The notes below the pieces were generated by a model. The model was not told the origin of the DNA, did no database searches, and saw only the letters and a list, made by a program, of their open reading frames with translations. The translations under genes and the position numbers were made by a program. 64,000 nt of DNA from an uncultured Actinomycetota bacterium (lineage in GTDB: Bacteria > Actinomycetota > Actinomycetes > Streptosporangiales > Streptosporangiaceae): positions 249,759 through 313,758 of the forward strand of contig CAWGAE010000010.1 in assembly GCA_963820395.1 (NCBI GenBank), written 5' to 3'. Below are positions 20,082-29,481 of this stretch, piece after piece. Positions within the stretch are counted from its first letter, which is position 1. Each line of letters begins with the position of its first letter.

Positions 20082-20394
20082 CAGGACGAGGACGAAGAGC
20101 GCGGCCGCAGTACGTCCCGACATCCAGACAGTCCCACTTGAATCTTCGCATGGAGACATGATTCACACATTTTCCTTCGCTTACCTGCGCTTCTCTCGCC
20201 TATGCTACTGACGGGTAGACTAGCCGTCAGAGGCGAAAATAATGAGCGCCCATGAAGCTCAAAGGAATAGCACAGCACGCGACCACTGGGACGAACCCGA
20301 GGAAGTGGCGGACGCTCGCAGGGCCGGTAGCAGGAAGTGCCAGGATGACCCGGCGCACAGGTGGTATCGCCTGCTGAGCCTGGACAGCTTCACC

Positions 20395-22060
20395 GTAAAC
20401 ATTCACCACCCCCGGTTCGACGGCTGGTTTCGTTAACGGTGGGTGACTGCCGTCCCCGGCGGTGATCTTTGCCGGGCTGGCCCGGTGTGTCGTCTTGCTT
20501 ACTGCCAGCCGACTCTGGATGATCATGGCTTATGTCCGAGTTGCCGCCTCCCGCTCCTGGCTGCGCGTCGTGCGCTGCCCGGGACGCGCAGGTCGCGGAG
20601 CTGGCAGCGCAGGTGCAGGCATTGCAGGAGCGGATCGCTGACCTGGAGCGCGCGGCGTCGCGGAACAGCGGGAACTCGTCGATGCCGCCGGGGTCGGATG
20701 ACCTGCCGGGGCGGAAGGCGCCGCGGAAGCAGCGGCGTGCGCAGGAGCGGGCTGAGGGGAAGAAGCGGAACCGGGGCAAGCAGCCCGGGGCGCCGGGGGC
20801 GGCGATGCGCTGGGAAGACCCGGACCGGACCGAGAACCATTACCCGGAAGGGGCATGCGGGTGCGGCCGGGACCTGGCCGATGCGGCTGACCTGGGCGTT
20901 GCCCGGTCCTATCAGCAGGACGAGATTCCGGCGGCGCCGGCGGAGCGGGTCCAGCACGACCTGCACGAAACGCGGTGCGCCTGCGGGCGGGAGCACGTCG
21001 CGCCCCGGCCGCCGGGCGTGCCGGACGCGGCCTTGTCCATCGGGCCGCGGCTGCGCGCCCTGGCCGTTTACCTGGTCGTCTTCCAGCACGTCCCGGTCGA
21101 GCGGTGCCGGGACCTGATCGCCGGCATGGCCGGCGCGGACATCTCGGCGGGGTTCATCCACTCGTGCCTGCGCAAGGCCGCGGACCTGGCCGCGGAGGTG
21201 GTGCGGCTGATCCGCACCCTGATCACCGCCGCGGCCGTGGCGGGGTTCGATGAGACGACGCTGCGGTCCGGGCCGGCCGGGGAGAAGAAATACGTCCACG
21301 GCGCGTTCACCGGGCAGTACTCCTCCTTTTACCTGGGCACCCGCAGCCTGGAGACAATGCGGCAGGCCGGGATCCTGCCGGATTTCGCCGGCGTGGTGGT
21401 CTCCGACCGGTACCAGAACTACTTCCACGAGTCCTGGGAGCACTTCGCCGGGAACCAGGCTTGCCTGGCTCACATCCTGCGCGACTACCAGGACTGCGCG
21501 GAAACATACCCGGATGCCGTCTGGCCGGTGCAGGCGCAGCGGGCGCTGCGCGGCCTGATCCATGCCTGGCACGCCGCCCGTGACCAGCAGCTTCCCGCCA
21601 TCCCCGCTGCCACCGCGGGACCGCTGGAGCACGAGTTCCGGCACGCGGTCCTCGCCGGGCTGGCCAGCGTGCCCCGCGTCCCAGGCCCGAAGAACAGCAC
21701 GAAGCAGAAGCCGGGCCGCGAGCTGCTGGAGTTCTGCAAGAACCGCCAGGCCGACGTGCTGCGGTTCACCACGGACACCAACATCTGGCCCACGAACAAC
21801 ATCAGCGAGCGCGGCGTCCGCCCCCTGAAAACACAGCAGAAAATCTCCGGCCGCCTCACTAGCGACGACGTCACCCAGGACCGCCTCGACATCCGCAGCT
21901 ACCTCGACACCGCCCGCAAGCACGGACGCAACGCCTTCGCCGTGCTATACGACCTCATGCTCGGCGCCCCCTGGCAGCCGCCTGCCCAGGCAATCTCGCC
22001 GTAAGGATAAGGCCAACCCCGAACCACAGATCACCCGGCGTGCACGGGGTGAATGCTTAC
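20395..22060 (+). mobile_element. IS66-family insertion sequence (single-ORF type) with an 8-bp target duplication
   Basis: Ends are GTAAACATTCACC... and ...GGTGAATGCTTAC (12/13 inverted match). GCTTCACC is present at both 20387..20394 and 22061..22068. Confidence 0.85.
20532..22004 (+). CDS. IS66 family transposase
   Basis: 490 aa. It has the N-terminal leucine-zipper-like region, the SSMPPGSD segment, the zinc-finger-like CxxC...C.C region and the DDE body typical of IS66 TnpC. Confidence 0.9.
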   Translation: MSELPPPAPGCASCAARDAQVAELAAQVQALQERIADLERAASRNSGNSSMPPGSDDLPGRKAPRKQRRAQERAEGKKRNRGKQPGAPGAAMRWEDPDRTENHYPEGACGCGRDLADAADLGVARSYQQDEIPAAPAERVQHDLHETRCACGREHVAPRPPGVPDAALSIGPRLRALAVYLVVFQHVPVERCRDLIAGMAGADISAGFIHSCLRKAADLAAEVVRLIRTLITAAAVAGFDETTLRSGPAGEKKYVHGAFTGQYSSFYLGTRSLETMRQAGILPDFAGVVVSDRYQNYFHESWEHFAGNQACLAHILRDYQDCAETYPDAVWPVQAQRALRGLIHAWHAARDQQLPAIPAATAGPLEHEFRHAVLAGLASVPRVPGPKNSTKQKPGRELLEFCKNRQADVLRFTTDTNIWPTNNISERGVRPLKTQQKISGRLTSDDVTQDRLDIRSYLDTARKHGRNAFAVLYDLMLGAPWQPPAQAISP

Positions 22061-22349
22061 GCTTCACCGCCGGGTGCTTGTGCGGCTGGGTGTCGCCTGA
22101 GCGCGACATGTTCGATGAAATGATCCGTGACTTTGATCGCCACCTTGGCGAGGTGTGACAAGACAAGCAACACGTGTAGCTTTGTTCGCCTGGTCCTGAA
22201 AATTATTCAGGGCAAGCGGGCTCGGGTGCTGTCCCTCGACCAAGACGTACCGGGGCTCTGTGCCAGTAACGTGCCGGGGTCACGAAACCCGCAACGCAAT
22301 CCTCCGCCAGGCTGGGGCGGGCGGGCCCCCCGGCTGGTCAGGATGGGGC

Positions 22350-22421
22350 CTAACGGGCTGGCTGGGCCCATGCCAGCGGCTCCAGGGTGCCGTCGATGGC
22401 GGCTTGGGCGACATCGGTGAA
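22350..22421 (-). pseudogene. remnant of a second ANTAR-regulator gene (last ~23 codons only)
   Basis: The minus strand reads FTDVAQAAIDGTLEPLAWAQPAR*. The intact gene ends LTDVAEAAVDSTLDPLAWAPRARPAPS*. About 85% DNA identity by eye over roughly 60 nt, in inverted orientation. Confidence 0.45.
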
Positions 22422-22721
22422 CCAAGCCACGGGAAGATCCTGTCACGGGCCGCGGCCACATCCCCCGCCCCCGTCCAGGAGGCAAGGCGGAACGGTTCGA
22501 AGGTACCGTCCGCAACCGCGAGCATATCGGGCAATCTTGTACCAGATTACGCTTAGAGTGACGCCATTTGTCATTCCAGTATCCTGGGACGCTTGGATAC
22601 GAAATGCCGACCGGCAGTAATGCTGTTAAATTCGGCATGCCTCCTGGCCCCTGGGGTGTCTACACTTGGCCCATCGAGGTCGAGACCCCGCCTCGCCCAT
22701 GCGTGTGCCGAAAACGTCATT

Positions 22722-24077
22722 ATGCTCAGGGCGGGACAGGGCGTGTCAATTACCAATCCCACATCAGGCCTCGTCGCGGGTCACGCCGAAATCATGCCGG
22801 ACCCGAGGCCGCCAGACGTGGGCAGCTCAGCCGGGCTGGTGATGAATGGGCAAACTGATCTGCCCGCCGGAGGCCTGGAGGAGTCCCTGAGTCGTGTGGC
22901 GGCTCTGGCGGCAATGTCCCTTGGGGCGCCGCGCGCATTCGTTATGGTCGCTGGTACACGCTCACTCCCCACGATGAGCTGCCCTTCAGGTTTCGGCGGC
23001 CAGCCGAGCATGTTCGAGCAAACAATGTGCGCGGACGTCGCCGGCTCCGGGGACAACCTGATCATTGACAACGCCCGGGTGGACAGGCACGCGAGCAGCA
23101 GGGACGTGCCGGGGCCGGCGAGCATGATGGCATGGGCCGGAATCGCGGTCCATGACCAGGATGGTCGTGTGCTGGGGGTGCTCTGGGCAGCCGCCCCGGC
23201 ACCACGCCAGTGGAGCGCCAGCGACGTCACGCTCCTGGAGAGCTTGGCAGCGATCGTGTCGAGCGAAGTTGCGCTGCGGACCGCACTGGCGCACAACGCG
23301 AGACGAGCCGCCCTGGCCCAGACGCTGGAGGAGAGCCTGCTTCCGCCGCGGCTGCCCAATATCCCGGGCCTGGAACTGGCGGCGCGGTACGCGGCTGGCG
23401 GGAAAGGTACGGAGGCCCTCGGGGATTTCTGCGATGTGTTCCCCTCGCTGGGGAGGACATGGGGGATGGTGGTCGGCGACGTGTGCGGCAAAGGTCCCAT
23501 AGCCGCCAAGAACGCCGCCCTGGCCCGCAACACCCTCCGGGCCATGGCCCGGAGACTGACGCGGCCAGCCCTGATCCTGGCTGACCTCAACCAGGTGCTG
23601 CTGGACTGGCCTACCGATGACCCGCGCTTTGTGACCGCGATCTATACCTCGGTACGGCCCTTCCCCGGCGGGGCCATGGTCCGGATCAGTTCGGCCGGTC
23701 ACCCGCTGGCGCTGGTGCGCCGTGCAAACGGCTACGTGCACGAGTTCGGGAGAGCTGGAACACTGCTCGGGGTGCTGTCCGATCCGGAACTGCATGACTC
23801 GCAGAAGATACTGCGGGCCGGGGACAGTCTGATCTTGTTCTCCGACGGGGTGACCGAGGCCCGCAGCGACGCCGACCGCCGCCTGTACGGTGACGAGCGG
23901 CTCCGCCGTCTGGTCGCCGGGCTGGGCGACCAGACGGCGGTGGCCATGGCGGAGGCCATCAAGCTCGCTGCCCTCACGTTCACCGGCGGGCGCCTCAGCG
24001 ACGATATCGCCGCTCTCGTGATGAAGGTTCCCTCACACCAGGCACCCCAGCCTCCGCTAAACGACCGTGAGCCATGA
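22722..24077 (+). CDS. GAF domain + PP2C (SpoIIE-type) serine phosphatase
   Basis: LEESLLPPRLPNIPGLELAARY, GDFCDVF, GDVCGKG and LILFSDGVTEA are PP2C/SpoIIE motifs, and a GAF-like region precedes them. The start is uncertain (ATGs at 22593, 22722, 22794, 22842). Confidence 0.8.
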   Translation: MLRAGQGVSITNPTSGLVAGHAEIMPDPRPPDVGSSAGLVMNGQTDLPAGGLEESLSRVAALAAMSLGAPRAFVMVAGTRSLPTMSCPSGFGGQPSMFEQTMCADVAGSGDNLIIDNARVDRHASSRDVPGPASMMAWAGIAVHDQDGRVLGVLWAAAPAPRQWSASDVTLLESLAAIVSSEVALRTALAHNARRAALAQTLEESLLPPRLPNIPGLELAARYAAGGKGTEALGDFCDVFPSLGRTWGMVVGDVCGKGPIAAKNAALARNTLRAMARRLTRPALILADLNQVLLDWPTDDPRFVTAIYTSVRPFPGGAMVRISSAGHPLALVRRANGYVHEFGRAGTLLGVLSDPELHDSQKILRAGDSLILFSDGVTEARSDADRRLYGDERLRRLVAGLGDQTAVAMAEAIKLAALTFTGGRLSDDIAALVMKVPSHQAPQPPLNDREP

Positions 24078-24619
24078 TGCTCACCGAGCCGGTCTGGAGT
24101 GGACTGCCCCGGGTTCCTTGGAGGCCGTGGCTTCTGAAAGCTTCCGCTGACAGGAGGCTTCTCGGGTCCAGACGAGTCCGTCACAGGTTGGCTGACCGGC
24201 CATACGACGCGACGATCTATTCTCTGATGACGCACATGACCAGAGCTTTGGAGGGCGCTGCCCCGACGCCGGGTGATGCGGGCGCGCCTGTGTGGTCGGA
24301 GCACGGACTGGAAAAGGCCTCCTGATAGAAGTACGGGGCCCGCTTGAGGTTGGTCGTCCGCTCCTGTCCATCCTAATGAGAATTACCGAGCCGCCGTTCC
24401 GGCAGACTCGGGACCGGTAGCCGCCGCCAGGTGAGCACTGAGCCATCCTGGGCCTCCGCGGGGAGCCTTTCCGGGAGATCGTGCCCCTGCCGGTGGCCGG
24501 GAGAGCGGATCGCTGCTGGGATGTCGTGCCCGCCGCTGCGGCGTGAGCACTGTTCATTAGGTCGCTGATGGTTCTCCCGCAGGCTGCCTGGCTGCCTGGC
24601 ATCGAGGACGGGAGAGGTA

Positions 24620-25849
24620 ATGCTGCTGGTCGGAGATGACTGGGCCGAGGATGATCATGCCGTTGAGCTGATGGACTCCTCGGGCCGGGTGTTGGCCAGG
24701 GCCCGGCTGCCCGAGGGCGCGGCGGGGATGGCCCGGCTGCACGCGATGATCGGCGAGCATCTCGGCGCCGACGGCGAGGCGGAGGAAATACGGGTCGGGA
24801 TCGAGACCGACCGGGGCCTGTGGGTGGCAGCGCTGGTCGCGGCCGGGTACACGGTGTATGGGATCAACCCGCTGCAGGTGGCCCGCTACCGGGAGCGGCA
24901 CGCCGTGTCCGGAGCCAAGAGCGATACCGCCGACTCGCACACCCTGGCGGACATGGTGCGCACCGACTCTCACCAGCTGCGCCCGGTGGCGGGGGACAGC
25001 GCGGCGGCGCAGGCGGTCAAGGTGGTGGCCCGCACCCACAAGACGCTGATCTGGGAGCGGACCCGGCATGTGCAGCGGCTGCGTCACCAGTTGCGCGACT
25101 ACTTCCCCGCCGCGCTGGAGGCCTTCGAGGACCTGACCGCCGCCGACACCCTCGAGCTGCTGGTCAGGGCTCCCGACCCGGCCGCGGCGGCCAGGCTCAC
25201 CACAGCGCAGCTCAGCGCAGCGCTCAAGCGCGCCCACCGCCGCGACATCGCCGGCAAGACCGCCGCCATCCGGGCCGCGCTGGGCTCGAAGCAGCTGGCC
25301 CGGCCACCGGCGGTCACCGCCGCCTGCGCTGCGGCGGTGCGGGCGCTGGCCACGGTCATCACCACCCTCAACGAGCAGATCACGGTCATGGAGGGTCAGG
25401 TGCGGGCGCATTTCAGTCAGCACCCAGACGCTGAGATCATCTCGTCCCAGCCCGGTCTGGGGCCAATCCTGGGCGCCCGGGTGCTCGCAGAATTCGGCGA
25501 CGACCCGCACCGCTACGCCAGCTCGAAGGCCCGCAAGAACTACGCGGCCACCAGCCCCATCACCCGCCAGTCGGGGAAGAGGAAGACCGTCATGGCGCGC
25601 TACGTGCACAACGACCGGCTCCGCGACGCCCTTGACGGCCAGGCCTTCGCCGCCCTGACAGCATCCGCCGGAGCCCGCGCCTACTACGACCGGCAGCGCG
25701 CCCGCGGCCTCAGCCACCGCCCCGCGCTCCGCCAGCTCGCCAACCGGCTCGTTGGGATCCTGCACGGCTGCCTGAAGACCCGCATGCTCTACGACGAGGC
25801 GACAGCCTGGCCGCAGTACGCCAGCCAGGAAATCAAGACTGCTGCTTGA
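24620..25849 (+). CDS. IS110 family transposase/recombinase
   Basis: VGIETDRGLW, SGAKSDTADSHTLADM and the C-terminal PGLGPILGARVLAEFGDD are typical DEDD/IS110 motifs. Confidence 0.9.
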   Translation: MLLVGDDWAEDDHAVELMDSSGRVLARARLPEGAAGMARLHAMIGEHLGADGEAEEIRVGIETDRGLWVAALVAAGYTVYGINPLQVARYRERHAVSGAKSDTADSHTLADMVRTDSHQLRPVAGDSAAAQAVKVVARTHKTLIWERTRHVQRLRHQLRDYFPAALEAFEDLTAADTLELLVRAPDPAAAARLTTAQLSAALKRAHRRDIAGKTAAIRAALGSKQLARPPAVTAACAAAVRALATVITTLNEQITVMEGQVRAHFSQHPDAEIISSQPGLGPILGARVLAEFGDDPHRYASSKARKNYAATSPITRQSGKRKTVMARYVHNDRLRDALDGQAFAALTASAGARAYYDRQRARGLSHRPALRQLANRLVGILHGCLKTRMLYDEATAWPQYASQEIKTAA

Positions 25850-26355
25850 CATTCAAGCTCCTGGGATGTCTCCCGGCTGGCGCGGAACCGAGCCGCGGCC
25901 ATGATCACGCGCAAGTGTGCCGGCGCTCATCACGTGTGACGCAAAAGCGCCCCTGCGCGTGATCTTGCCTGGCTTCTCCCAAGCAGCGGCTACGTCCCGC
26001 CGCCCCGCCGGGTGGTCTGCGCAGGTTAGTATCCAGCAGCAAGCCGCCCAAGCCGTGCAAGGTCAATCGCGTTCGTGTACTCGTGTGCGGTCGCGCGTCG
26101 GCAGCTCGCACCGATGCGGATTGGCTCAGCGCGGCAGCGCGGCGTCCGACCTCCTGCGTGCAAACTACTGGCGGCACGGTCAGCGTAAGGCATTGATGCA
26201 GGTCATTAGGTCGATGATGGTCATGCCGAGTCGGTGCAAGTGCATCACGACTGCTGTATTTGCCGGCGTCGCGTGAATACTGACCCCTATGCAACGTGGG
26301 CGGATTCCAGCCATCGTCGCAACACTGGCCTCTGATGGCCCGGATGGTATCGGCT

Positions 26356-27033
26356 TTAACGGATCACGGTGCGAGCCAGGTCGATGAGGGGGGTTTCGGC
26401 GTGTCGTGCCCAGGCCTGGAGGGCGGCGGCGAGGGCAAGGGCGCTGCCGTAGAGGACGTGCTGGCCGCCTTGACGGGCGATGAGCGAGTCGAGCGATCCG
26501 AAGGCGCGTCCCTTGCGGGCCAGGGTGAGGATGTCGATGGCGGCGCGCTCACCGGTCCAGTTCCCGGCAGGCAGGCAGGTCATCGTGGCCAGGCCCGCCG
26601 GGGCGCCGGTGTCGTGCCCGGCCAGCCACTGGTCGAGCAGGCCGAGGGCAATGCCGGTGCAGGCGGCGACCGTCGGGACGGAGCCGTCAGGGGATTCAGG
26701 CTGGGCTTGGTCCAGGACTCCTGCGGCGAGCCGGGTATCGCCGTCAGCGATGGCCTCGGCGGCTAGCCGCAAGGTGACGGCGGCTAGTTCGCGGGCCTGC
26801 CCGGCGGGAGTGAACAGCGCCATGTTGTGCCGCTCCATCGCGCGGTTCAGTGCCCGTCGCAGCGTCTCCAGGTCGGGCACGTCGATGTTGTCCACGTCGA
26901 TGCCTTCCTCCGCCAGCAGCGGCGCCAGCTCCCGCAGCAGGTCGCTGGCCATGCCCGGCTTGAACTGGATCCCGGGCGGCCCGGCGGGCGGTTCCGGGGA
27001 GCGGCGTCGCATGTCTGGCACGCGGACCATCAT
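26356..27033 (-). CDS. hypothetical protein (passenger inside the IS30 element)
   Basis: 225-aa ORF lying 33 nt downstream of the IS30 transposase on the same strand. Codon usage is genome-like. I recognise no motif. Confidence 0.5.
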   Translation of the reverse strand: MMVRVPDMRRRSPEPPAGPPGIQFKPGMASDLLRELAPLLAEEGIDVDNIDVPDLETLRRALNRAMERHNMALFTPAGQARELAAVTLRLAAEAIADGDTRLAAGVLDQAQPESPDGSVPTVAACTGIALGLLDQWLAGHDTGAPAGLATMTCLPAGNWTGERAAIDILTLARKGRAFGSLDSLIARQGGQHVLYGSALALAAALQAWARHAETPLIDLARTVIR

Positions 27034-27066
27034 CGCAGGCCCGCCGCTGGCGGGGACGTCACGGGT

Positions 27067-28275
27067 TCACAGGCCGGACCGCGCGGCGGGCGTGTCCCAG
27101 CCCAGTGTCTTGCGCGGCCTGCTGTTCAGCTCGGCCGCCACGGCGGCCAGGTCGTCCAGCCCGTGCGTGCGCAAATCGCTTCCCTTGGGGAAGTACTGGC
27201 GGAGCAGCCCGTTGGTGTTCTCGTTGGATGGCCGCTGCCACGGGCTGGCCTTGTCGCAGAAGTACACCGGCATACCCAGCGCGGCGCTGATCTCGGTGTG
27301 CAGCGCCATCTCCTTGCCCTGGTCCCAGGTCAGCGACCGGCGCAGCCGCGGCGGGAGAGCGGACATGGCGGCGATCAGCGCGTCGCGGACCGCCTCGGCG
27401 GTGTGCCGTCCGGGCAGGTACAGCAAGATCGTGTACCTCGACGCCCGGTCCACCAGGGTGCCGATCGCGGACCGGTTGGACGCCCCGGTGATCAGGTCGC
27501 CTTCCCAGTGCCCAGGTTCCTCGCGGCCGGCCGCCCCGGCGGGCCGCTGATCAAGCATGGTCATCGCGGTGATCCCGTTCGACCGGCGCTCGCCAGGCCG
27601 GCGATGCGGCCTGCGCCGCCGCCGGCGCGTGCGCAGCACCCGGGCCGGCAGCCCGCGGGACAGCCCACCCAGTTCGGGACGGTAGACCGCCTGATAGATC
27701 GTCTCGTGCACGACATGCCGCGCCGGCTCATCCGGGAACTCGCGGCGCAGCGCCTGGCTGACCTGCTCCGGGCTCCACCGTTTCTCCAGCCGCTCCAGCA
27801 CGAACTGCCGCAGCGCCGGATCAGCGGCGATCTTGCCCGGCCGCGGCCGGGCAAGCCGCCGCACAGCCAGCTTGTGCGCAGTGAACGGCCGGTACTGGCC
27901 GCTGTCCGGATCCTGGTTCCGGCGCAGTTCCCGGCTGATCGTCGACGGACTGCGGCCCGTCTGCTCCGCGATCGCCCGGACACCATGTCCCGCCTGGCGC
28001 AGATCGGCGATCCGCACCCTCTCCTGCTCAGACAGGTACCGGTCCGAGATCTCCCTGACACGCCTGCCCGCCCCCGCGGCAACCACGGGAGCATAATGCA
28101 GCTTCCGGCCGTCACGAGTCGTGATCGTGCGGCCGTGTCGCCACCGTTTCCCGGTCCGCCGGTTGATCCCGACGATCCGGCACGCCTCAGAACTGCTCAA
28201 CCCCTGCGCGATCAGCCGCGCATACTGCTCCCGCTTCTCGACCTGCGGCAACGCCCCCGGTCCCCGCTGTCCCAT
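27067..28275 (-). CDS. IS30 family transposase
   Basis: Two N-terminal HTH regions (RSPSTISRELRRN), WSPEQVS and a DDE core ending ...RPRKTLGWDTPA. Confidence 0.9.
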   Translation of the reverse strand: MGQRGPGALPQVEKREQYARLIAQGLSSSEACRIVGINRRTGKRWRHGRTITTRDGRKLHYAPVVAAGAGRRVREISDRYLSEQERVRIADLRQAGHGVRAIAEQTGRSPSTISRELRRNQDPDSGQYRPFTAHKLAVRRLARPRPGKIAADPALRQFVLERLEKRWSPEQVSQALRREFPDEPARHVVHETIYQAVYRPELGGLSRGLPARVLRTRRRRRRPHRRPGERRSNGITAMTMLDQRPAGAAGREEPGHWEGDLITGASNRSAIGTLVDRASRYTILLYLPGRHTAEAVRDALIAAMSALPPRLRRSLTWDQGKEMALHTEISAALGMPVYFCDKASPWQRPSNENTNGLLRQYFPKGSDLRTHGLDDLAAVAAELNSRPRKTLGWDTPAARSGL

Positions 28276-28354
28276 CGCAACCCCCGAACCTGTCGAGTGT
28301 TGCGACGACTGCTAGAAACTGCCGTGTGAAAACTGACCCCCTCTGTCACGGGAT

Positions 28355-28465
28355 GTGGCAGAAGACAGGGATGTGATCACAGTGGAGGATTGGGCGGAGA
28401 TCCGCCGGCTGCACCGGGCAGAGAAGATGCCGATCAAGGCGATCGCCCGGATGCTTACCTGGCCT
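28355..28465 (+). pseudogene. IS21-family IstA transposase, N-terminal HTH fragment only
   Basis: VITVEDWAEIRRLHRAEKMPIKAIARML is the typical IstA start. Homology ends after about 35 codons. It is preceded by TGTCAC-type terminal repeats. Confidence 0.6.
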
Positions 28466-28586
28466 GCTGCCCTGTTCGTCTCCCAGGACCTAGGCGCTCG
28501 GTCACGAGGTGGAGGATTCGTCCGAACAGTGCCCGTCGCGCCTTTCGGTCAGCGCCCTTGCCGCCTCCTTGGACCTATCGGCCACC

Positions 28587-28895
28587 TCACGCCCAGTGAG
28601 TCCAGGCTTGGTCGTACTCGCAATCTGGCGCTTCGGGTGGTGACCGTGAAACGGACGGGTCGAGGACAGTGCAGGTTGTCGTCCGGTTCACGCCTGCGAT
28701 GGCCCGGATCTGGGAGGTTACCAGCTCGGCCAGATCCTTCGTGTCTGGTGCCCGCGCCCGGGCAACCACGTCGTAGGATCCCATCACGCTCGTCGCTTCC
28801 GAGACGCCCGGCACTGTCCGGACCAACGCAGGCACAATGGCTGTCTTGCCGATCTGGGTCTGGATCAGAATGTATGCATCTAGCACGTAACACAC
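28587..28895 (-). CDS. small Lrp/AsnC ligand-binding-domain protein with an atypical C-terminal tail
   Basis: VLDAYILIQTQIGKTAIVPALVRTVPGVSEATSVMGSYDVVARARAPDTKDLAELVTSQIRAIAGVNRTTTCTVL matches the ~75-aa stand-alone AsnC-type domain. The last ~25 aa look like read-through into junk. Confidence 0.6.
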   Translation of the reverse strand: MCYVLDAYILIQTQIGKTAIVPALVRTVPGVSEATSVMGSYDVVARARAPDTKDLAELVTSQIRAIAGVNRTTTCTVLDPSVSRSPPEAPDCEYDQAWTHWA

Positions 28896-29086
28896 CCCCG
28901 ACTCCTATTGCAGTGATGGAGTCATCTCCGGCGTCGCAGGCCGGGGCGGCGGAGGATGTGGGCTGGGCAGGTGTCGCCTGGGGGGCGGTGCCGAATACGG
29001 CGTCACCGCGATCGGCGTGTTGGCCGGGGACTCCAATGTGGCCTGTTGATGGTACGCATGATTGCCCGAAAGACGCCACAAATCTC

Positions 29087-29462
29087 CTAGATACATGCTC
29101 GGCTCGTAGCGGACTCCCAACTAGGGCCGAACGTCATTCGGTTGCTGAGATCCTGTGGGCGTCCGCGTGGCAGCGCTTGAGGTCGCGCATCTGCGCCCGG
29201 GCTGAGGATCCGGGTGATGGGGCGGCACCGCCGGTCAGCGGCCAGGTGAATCTTGGTCGTCAGCCCGCCGCGGGAACGGCCCAGCGCCTCCAGGCCCGCG
29301 CCGGGGCCGAAATTCTTGTCATTCGGTGAAGCCCCCCATGAGCAGCTCGGCGGGCGGGTCCTTGCGAGCCCCGGCCGCGTGCTGGTGCGCGCGGAGCACG
29401 GTCGAGTCGGCGCTGACCGTCCACTCCGCGCCCTCGGCCTCATCGCAGCCGGACCGCAGCGC
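29087..29462 (-). pseudogene. IS5-family (IS427-like) transposase fragment, frameshifted and truncated
   Basis: Own translation gives AEGAEWTVSADSTVLRAHQHAAGARKDPPAELL in one frame and GRSRGGLTTKIHLAADRRCRPITRILSPG in another. Confidence 0.65.
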
Positions 29463-29481
29463 TTAGCGATGCTGGTGCTGG

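Larger units (their letters stand above)
19578..20123 (-). pseudogene. small membrane-protein gene (103 codons once restored) split by two stacked MITEs
   Basis: Reading 20123..20082 gives MSGRTAAALFVLVL. After removing 19848..20081 (keeping one CTAG) the frame continues as LGAHRRVEYVGIAVGLLELLFIPAALLARPHPAALAVGLARPLLATHGYWTLLDGG... to the stop at 19580..19578. Confidence 0.5.
20242..22158 (+). pseudogene. 80-codon orphan ORF split after codon 51 by the IS66 element
   Basis: 20242..20394 encodes MSAHEAQRNSTARDHWDEPEEVADARRAGSRKCQDDPAHRWYRLLSLDSFT. It continues in frame at 22069 as AGCLCGWVSPERDMFDEMIRDFDRHLGEV* once the IS and one TSD copy are removed. Confidence 0.55.
26296..28326 (-). mobile_element. 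IS30-family element of about 2.03 kb carrying a passenger ORF
   Basis: Imperfect terminal inverted repeats: 26296..26326 (...CCATCGTCGCAACACT) and 28296..28326 (AGTGTTGCGACGACTG...). They enclose the transposase and a second ORF. Confidence 0.55.

Noticed and set aside
20523-21923. Many very long ORFs in the track lie opposite or out of frame to recognised genes. Examples are 20523..21923(-), 12691..13770(-), 14679..15668(-), 24557..25852(-), 26827..28329(+), 51698..52648(-), 59025..59957(-) and 61151..62167(-).
   Set aside because: They overlap genes with clear family signatures. Their translations are Arg/Pro/Gly/Ala-rich with no motifs. This is typical of shadow ORFs in about 70% G+C DNA.
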